Assembly: GCA_043825775.1 (NCBI GenBank)
Contig: JBDRRK010000012.1
Span: 1,237 to 65,236, forward strand
Length of the DNA: 64,000 nucleotides
Reading direction: 5' to 3'
Source: an archaeon
Lineage (GTDB): Archaea > Nanobdellota > Nanobdellia > SCGC-AAA011-G17 > GW2011-AR17
Positions 59,086 through 64,000 of the stretch are shown one piece after another. The notes under the pieces were generated by a model that worked only from the letters and a program-made list of their open reading frames with translations, was not told the origin of the DNA and ran no database searches. Position numbers and translations under genes: made by a program. The first letter of the stretch is position 1, and the number at the start of each line of letters is the position of its first letter.

Positions 59086-59484
59086 TTATGCTGCTCCTTC
59101 ATATTTTATTTCTTGGTATATTGGTTTATCAGCTGGATGAAAGGCATGATTTTCATTATATGCCTGAGCTGATTCAAATAGAATTTTTAAAACTTTTTTT
59201 GTTGGATTTTTTTCAAGATCAATTTTTACTATTCTATCTCTTCCATTAAAAATTTTTAATGGTCTTTGTTTTGCTGGAAATGCTAATTTAAATCCTGCAT
59301 TTGTTTCTGCTTTAGGATCATTTCCAATGTAAATTATTTCTCCAGTATTTGGGTCATAATTGAAATGAATATAATTACATCCAAAACCTTTCCAGTTTCC
59401 TGCATTTCCACCTATACTTTCTTCTGCAAGTTCTATTTCAATACCTACTAATGTGTCTATATTTTTTTCAATTATTTCTTTCAT
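59086..59484 (-). CDS. Hypothetical protein
   Basis: 132-aa ORF translationally coupled to the upstream peptidase. Confidence 0.55.
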   Translation of the reverse strand: MKEIIEKNIDTLVGIEIELAEESIGGNAGNWKGFGCNYIHFNYDPNTGEIIYIGNDPKAETNAGFKLAFPAKQRPLKIFNGRDRIVKIDLEKNPTKKVLKILFESAQAYNENHAFHPADKPIYQEIKYEGAA

Positions 59485-59936
59485 TAGTAAAAAACTCCAA
59501 TTAATTTGTATTTTATTTGGTCTCTTGTTACTGATTCAGGGTCTTGCAAGGTGTTATTATCTCCTTTTAGAATGTAAGTTCCATCTTCTTGGATATCTAT
59601 AATTCTATGTGAAACTAATGTTTCGTTCCATGTTGCCTCATAAGATACAATGTCTCCAATTTGTAGGTTAGTGCTTTCATTTACTGGGATTTCTATTCCA
59701 TTTGCTTCTGCATCTAGTAAAGGGTCCATTGAATTTGTGTCATTGTAGCTTACTAGTATTGCATCTGGAACATTTACAAGAATTCCATTTTCTGTTATTT
59801 TAATTTGGTCCTTTGTAATTGTATCAGAAGGAGAGATAACGTCTCTTGTACTTGTTTCATAGTTAACTGCTAGAACTGCAGTAGTGATTAGAATAATTAA
59901 AGATACAGTGATTAAAATCTTTGATATTAGCCTCAT
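59484..59936 (-). CDS. Signal peptidase I-like (S26, Sec11/SipW type)
   Basis: TNSMDP, GDIV, VSHRII, KGDNN. Confidence 0.85.
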   Translation of the reverse strand: MRLISKILITVSLIILITTAVLAVNYETSTRDVISPSDTITKDQIKITENGILVNVPDAILVSYNDTNSMDPLLDAEANGIEIPVNESTNLQIGDIVSYEATWNETLVSHRIIDIQEDGTYILKGDNNTLQDPESVTRDQIKYKLIGVFY

Positions 59937-60051
59937 TTTCTTATTATTTTAGTGGGTTTTTAGGTTTATAAACCTTTCTCTTTTGTTATTACTTATAAAT
60001 AGTATCAATATAAGATTTATAATTGATTTTAAAGAAGATAATTCTGAATAT

Positions 60052-60753
60052 TTAATTTAAAGTAAAATAAACTCTTCTTCTGTTTTTACCCTTGTTTTCA
60101 GCTTTTAAGAATTTTATTTCACCTATCTCTTTTGTATTTTTAACATGAGTTCCACCACAAGCTTCTTTTGCAAACCCTTCTACTTCAATAATTCTTATTT
60201 CTTTGATGTCTTCTGGAAAGCCCTTTGCTAATGAAGTGAAATGATTTCCTAGAATTTTACAAGCTTCTTCCTTTGGAACAATTATCGATTTAACTGTTCT
60301 TCCTTCTTGTGCAATTTTACAAGCTTCTTTTGTGTATTCTTCCATCTTTTCACTATCAAACTTTTCTAAAGAGAAATCAATTCTTGATTTTTCAAGTTCT
60401 AATTGGTTTCCAGTGATTAAAGCTCCTGTTTTTTCATTTATAACATGGCTTAGAACATGTGCTGCTGTGTGTGAACGCATTAATTTGTACCTTCTTTCCC
60501 AATCTATAATGCCTTTTACTTTGTCTCCTGGTTTTAATCCTTCTTTGTCTACTTCATGAGAAATTTTATTATCAAACTTTCCAACAAAGACAACATTATA
60601 CTCTTCCCCATCTTTTATTATTTTTCCAGTATCACAATTTTGTCCACCTGATTTTGGGTAGAAAAGAGTTTCTTGTAAAATTATGAATTTATCATTAACT
60701 TTTTTTACTACAGTTTCAAATTCCTTTTGATAACAATCTTTTAAATATAACAT
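60052..60753 (-). CDS. alaX: AlaX trans-editing protein
   Basis: FYPKSGGQ, HTAAH, ACGGTHV. Confidence 0.92.
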   Translation of the reverse strand: MLYLKDCYQKEFETVVKKVNDKFIILQETLFYPKSGGQNCDTGKIIKDGEEYNVVFVGKFDNKISHEVDKEGLKPGDKVKGIIDWERRYKLMRSHTAAHVLSHVINEKTGALITGNQLELEKSRIDFSLEKFDSEKMEEYTKEACKIAQEGRTVKSIIVPKEEACKILGNHFTSLAKGFPEDIKEIRIIEVEGFAKEACGGTHVKNTKEIGEIKFLKAENKGKNRRRVYFTLN

Positions 60754-60762
60754 AGAAAAGGT

Positions 60763-61803
60763 TTAATTTTGTTCTTTTAAATATTTTTTTATTCTTGTTA
60801 TGAACTTTGGAAAATCTTTTTTAGAGATATTTGATCCACAAGCATGTTCATGTCCACCACCATAACCATCAAGACCTTCTTTTGCTTTTTCAACTGCACT
60901 TCTAATATCTTTGTTTTGTGATCTTAAACTCATTACAACCCTATCCTCTTTATTTCTTCCAATAACAATTGTTTTATCTGGATATTTATAGGTTAATTCT
61001 TCTGAAAGCATTCCTGTAAATGAATCTTTTCCAGAAGGATAAGTATAAAGGAGAAAGTTTTCTTTTGTATCTATCATTGATTCTGCTTTTGCAAGCATTT
61101 TTTCATATCTTTTGTTTACAGTTTCATAATATTTGTAAATATATTTTCCTTCTTTTGTTGTTTGGTTTAGGATTTCTTCTGGTGTTTTTACTCTTGTAAG
61201 TATTCTAACACATCTCATTACATCTGAACTTTTACCTTTAAGGATGAATGAGAATATTTTTGTTAAAATCCCTATTGGAGTGTTAAATCTTGCTTCTCCT
61301 GGATCTTTTACTTTGGGTAATAGGTCTTTGTATAGATTTTTAAATTTTTTATCTACTTGTTCTGGAAGAAACCAATCTCCTACTATCCCTGTCATTGCAA
61401 TCCATTCATTTTGTTCTGTAACTTTATAACACCAGTAACATGTAGGTCTGTTATCCTCTTTATCATGCAATAATGGATTGAAATAGTGTGCTCCTTTTAT
61501 TTCATTTGGAGGATGATGATCAATGTAAATTATTGGAACATTAACTTTATCTATAAAATCTTGGGATAGGTGAGGTTTGTCTAGAACAAATATTTTATCT
61601 GGGTGGTATTCTTGAACTTTTCTTAGATATTCTTCACCTAATTTTGGAGTCCCCTTTACCATAACTCCATGTCCTTTTTCAATATGCTTGTATAATAAAA
61701 GGAAACAAGATAGTCCATCTGGATCATCATCAAAAAAGAATAGTGGATTTTCTGATTTTTCCAAATAGTCTCTTATTTTCTTAATTTCTTCAGAGGTTAT
61801 CAT
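60763..61803 (-). CDS. DHH/DHHA1 phosphoesterase (RecJ/NrnA-like)
   Basis: DDDPDG, IDHH, GGGHEHACG. Confidence 0.88.
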   Translation of the reverse strand: MITSEEIKKIRDYLEKSENPLFFFDDDPDGLSCFLLLYKHIEKGHGVMVKGTPKLGEEYLRKVQEYHPDKIFVLDKPHLSQDFIDKVNVPIIYIDHHPPNEIKGAHYFNPLLHDKEDNRPTCYWCYKVTEQNEWIAMTGIVGDWFLPEQVDKKFKNLYKDLLPKVKDPGEARFNTPIGILTKIFSFILKGKSSDVMRCVRILTRVKTPEEILNQTTKEGKYIYKYYETVNKRYEKMLAKAESMIDTKENFLLYTYPSGKDSFTGMLSEELTYKYPDKTIVIGRNKEDRVVMSLRSQNKDIRSAVEKAKEGLDGYGGGHEHACGSNISKKDFPKFITRIKKYLKEQN

Positions 61804-63335
61804 TTTTTCTTATAAAAGTCTGTATAATCTGCTGGAGGTGTTTCACCCTTTACTTCTCTATACTTGAAAGGTTGCTTTTTTTGTGGTTTTTGTGGTTTTC
61901 TTACAACCATAAAATAATATACAGCTATGCCTCCACCAACTAGAATTATTACTATGATTAAAAAGATTGCGATTGTTTTACCTATTCCATCCTTTGATTC
62001 ACAAACACCTTTATTACATATTTCTCCACTTCCACACTTAACATCTAATAAACAATTTAAGCAGTTTTCACCACTTTCTATTTTTCCATTCCCACATACT
62101 CCTGAAGATGTTTGTTCTGAAAGTATTGAATTAACATCTACATTTTCATCAACTTCTTCAAATAATACTGCAACTGTTACTGTCCAAGTTTTGGTTGTTG
62201 TGTCTGTTCCATCTGAAACTTCTGCTTTTACTGTAAATGAACCTGTATCTGATGCTGTGAATGTGTATGAATCTGATGTTGATACTTCTGTTCCATCTAG
62301 ATACCATTTTATTGTTAATGTTGAATTACTATCTGAATCAGAATATGTTATTGAGAAATCTTGTGTTTCTCCTGAAGATAGGGTTGGATTTGAATCAGGA
62401 GATGATGAGTCTATTGTAGGAGCTGAATTTGTTGATGTTGTTGTTCCATTAACTGTTAATGTTACTGAGTTTGATGTCGCACTTAATGTTCCATCTGTTG
62501 CTGTAAATGTTATTGTTTCTGAACCTGTCCAATCTGCATTTGGATCTAAGGTTGCAGTTGCACCTGAAAATGTAATTACAATGTTTGAGTTTCCAGATGC
62601 TGAATAGTTTAGTGTATCCCCATCAACATCTGAGAAATATGAAGATAATGTTAATGTTTTATTTGTATTGTATTCTATTGTTTGATTTGAAATACTTTCA
62701 GTTAGATAAGGATTATCATTAACTGCAGTTACGTTAACTAAGATTGCATTACTATTTACTGAATTACTTCCCGTTCCTGTGAATGTTATTGTTTCTGAAC
62801 CAGTCCAGTTTGCTCCAGGAGTTAGAGTTACTTGATTGTCTCCTGCTACTGAAACAGCAATATTTGTGTTTCCTGAATAAGTATAGGTTGTTGCACCTGT
62901 AAAATATGTATCCAAGTCAAATGCGTTTGAAGATGTTGTGTCTTCAGTTAGTGTTTGGTTTGTAATTGGTCCTGAGAATGAAACTGTTGTTCCAGCTACT
63001 GTAAATGTGTAATTGGATGCTGCCCAAGCTGTTTCTACTCCTGTTGCTTTACAATTCCAAGTATATGTTCCATCAGACAAAGAGGTTACTTGTTTTGATA
63101 TTGCAATTGAAGTTCCTGCTGTTGAGTTTGTTTCAATTGAAATCCAAGAACCCCCTGTATTTGAATATAATTGTAATGAAGTCATACTAGATACATCAGT
63201 TGCTGAACAGGTCATTGTTACTGTAGAACCTTCTGAAGCTCCATTTGTTGGGCTTGAAAGTGTAACTGTTGGTGCTGCAGCAACGAAAAATGATAATAGA
63301 ATTATAAATGTAAATATCAATATACCTCTTTTCAT
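61800..63335 (-). CDS. T/S-rich cell-surface protein with Ig/cadherin-like repeats
   Basis: Signal peptide, two ANWTGSETITFT-type repeats, VNDNP, Cys-rich stalk, C-terminal TM. Confidence 0.82.
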   Translation of the reverse strand: MKRGILIFTFIILLSFFVAAAPTVTLSSPTNGASEGSTVTMTCSATDVSSMTSLQLYSNTGGSWISIETNSTAGTSIAISKQVTSLSDGTYTWNCKATGVETAWAASNYTFTVAGTTVSFSGPITNQTLTEDTTSSNAFDLDTYFTGATTYTYSGNTNIAVSVAGDNQVTLTPGANWTGSETITFTGTGSNSVNSNAILVNVTAVNDNPYLTESISNQTIEYNTNKTLTLSSYFSDVDGDTLNYSASGNSNIVITFSGATATLDPNADWTGSETITFTATDGTLSATSNSVTLTVNGTTTSTNSAPTIDSSSPDSNPTLSSGETQDFSITYSDSDSNSTLTIKWYLDGTEVSTSDSYTFTASDTGSFTVKAEVSDGTDTTTKTWTVTVAVLFEEVDENVDVNSILSEQTSSGVCGNGKIESGENCLNCLLDVKCGSGEICNKGVCESKDGIGKTIAIFLIIVIILVGGGIAVYYFMVVRKPQKPQKKQPFKYREVKGETPPADYTDFYKKK

Positions 63336-63366
63336 AAAAGTATAAGAGTTGTTTTTATTTAAAAAA

Positions 63367-64000
63367 TTATCTAAAAATTATACTTGCATAAGAAACAGTA
63401 GAATCTGCTTCTTCTATTTTGTTTGAATTGTAATAACATAATAATTCTGGTTCATTTGAAATGTTTTTTAGTATTTCAATTCCTAGTGCTAAGGGGCTTG
63501 AACCACAAATTGTTGCTTTTGTCCTGTTCATAAATTTTATTAAATCTTCAGAGTTATAGCTTAAGATGTAAGAAATTGCTTCTTTATCTAGATTTTTTAG
63601 TGATTCTTTAATATTGAATTTAAATGGGGTGAAACCAAACTTTTGTCCATGGTGGGTGAAGTCTGAGGAGATTATGATTATAATCTCATTTGATATTTTT
63701 GTTATCTCTTCTGCAAGTTCTTTGTAGTTGTTTGTGTTTGGGCATATGATTGGAACTATTTTTATGTCATTTAATTTATCTTTGTTTGTGTATTGTAAGA
63801 AGGGTAGTTGAATTTCTAATGAATATTCTTGCATGTTATTTGTTATTTTTACTAGTTTTGTTTCTAATAATTTTTTTATGAAGTCTTGATCTGTTCTAAC
63901 TATTCCTAACATTGTTTCAAAAGATTCTTCTGTTGTTGCGTAATTGAAATGAGTGCCTGTATGATCTGGAACAAGGAGGATAAATGTTTTTGGAAATTTA
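63367..64000 (-). CDS. MEMO1 / AmmeMemoRadiSam protein B family (5'-partial)
   Basis: EYSLEIQLPFLQ, SSDFTHHG, TICG, VSYASI; frame stays open to the window edge. Confidence 0.85.
   Translation of the reverse strand, partial: KFPKTFILLVPDHTGTHFNYATTEESFETMLGIVRTDQDFIKKLLETKLVKITNNMQEYSLEIQLPFLQYTNKDKLNDIKIVPIICPNTNNYKELAEEITKISNEIIIIISSDFTHHGQKFGFTPFKFNIKESLKNLDKEAISYILSYNSEDLIKFMNRTKATICGSSPLALGIEILKNISNEPELLCYYNSNKIEEADSTVSYASIIFR

Noticed and set aside
61927..63345. Plus-strand 226-aa and 110-aa ORFs, and similar antisense ORFs across the window
   Set aside because: Mirror frames of well-supported opposite-strand genes

Overview
AT-rich chromosomal segment of a DPANN-type archaeon, probably Woesearchaeota/Pacearchaeota-like. 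The evidence is archaeal 16S/23S rRNA, class I LysRS, archaeal PheRS, eL41, TrmB, BRE/TATA promoters and BHB-intron tRNAs. It carries housekeeping genes, a minus-strand 16S-tRNA(Ala)-23S operon with a 35-nt BHB intron in the 23S, RNase P RNA and four tRNAs. A ~13 kb element is integrated at the 3' end of a two-intron tRNA-Ser(GGA) (32869-45875, 13-bp att repeat). The element encodes a tyrosine integrase and a diversity-generating retroelement (DGR): RHH - MoxR-type AAA+ - target 1 - HExxH/vWA protein - target 2 - TR - RT, with no avd. Defence-like cargo follows (fused CapRel-like RelA/SpoT protein, HEPN-like and PD-(D/E)XK-like proteins). The most striking observation is that the DGR template repeat is interrupted by a 19-nt bulge-helix-bulge intron. 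Its predicted excision restores exact colinearity with both variable repeats, and it resembles an intron of the host tRNA-Ser. The RT gene is also split, at a G10 tract next to a second, weaker BHB-like 26-nt segment. This points to a possibly splicing-gated DGR. Outside the element there is a sigma70-region-4/RNAP-alpha-CTD fusion paired with a HicA-like gene, and several repeat-bounded accessory cassettes. All calls come from reading motifs by eye; no searches were run.
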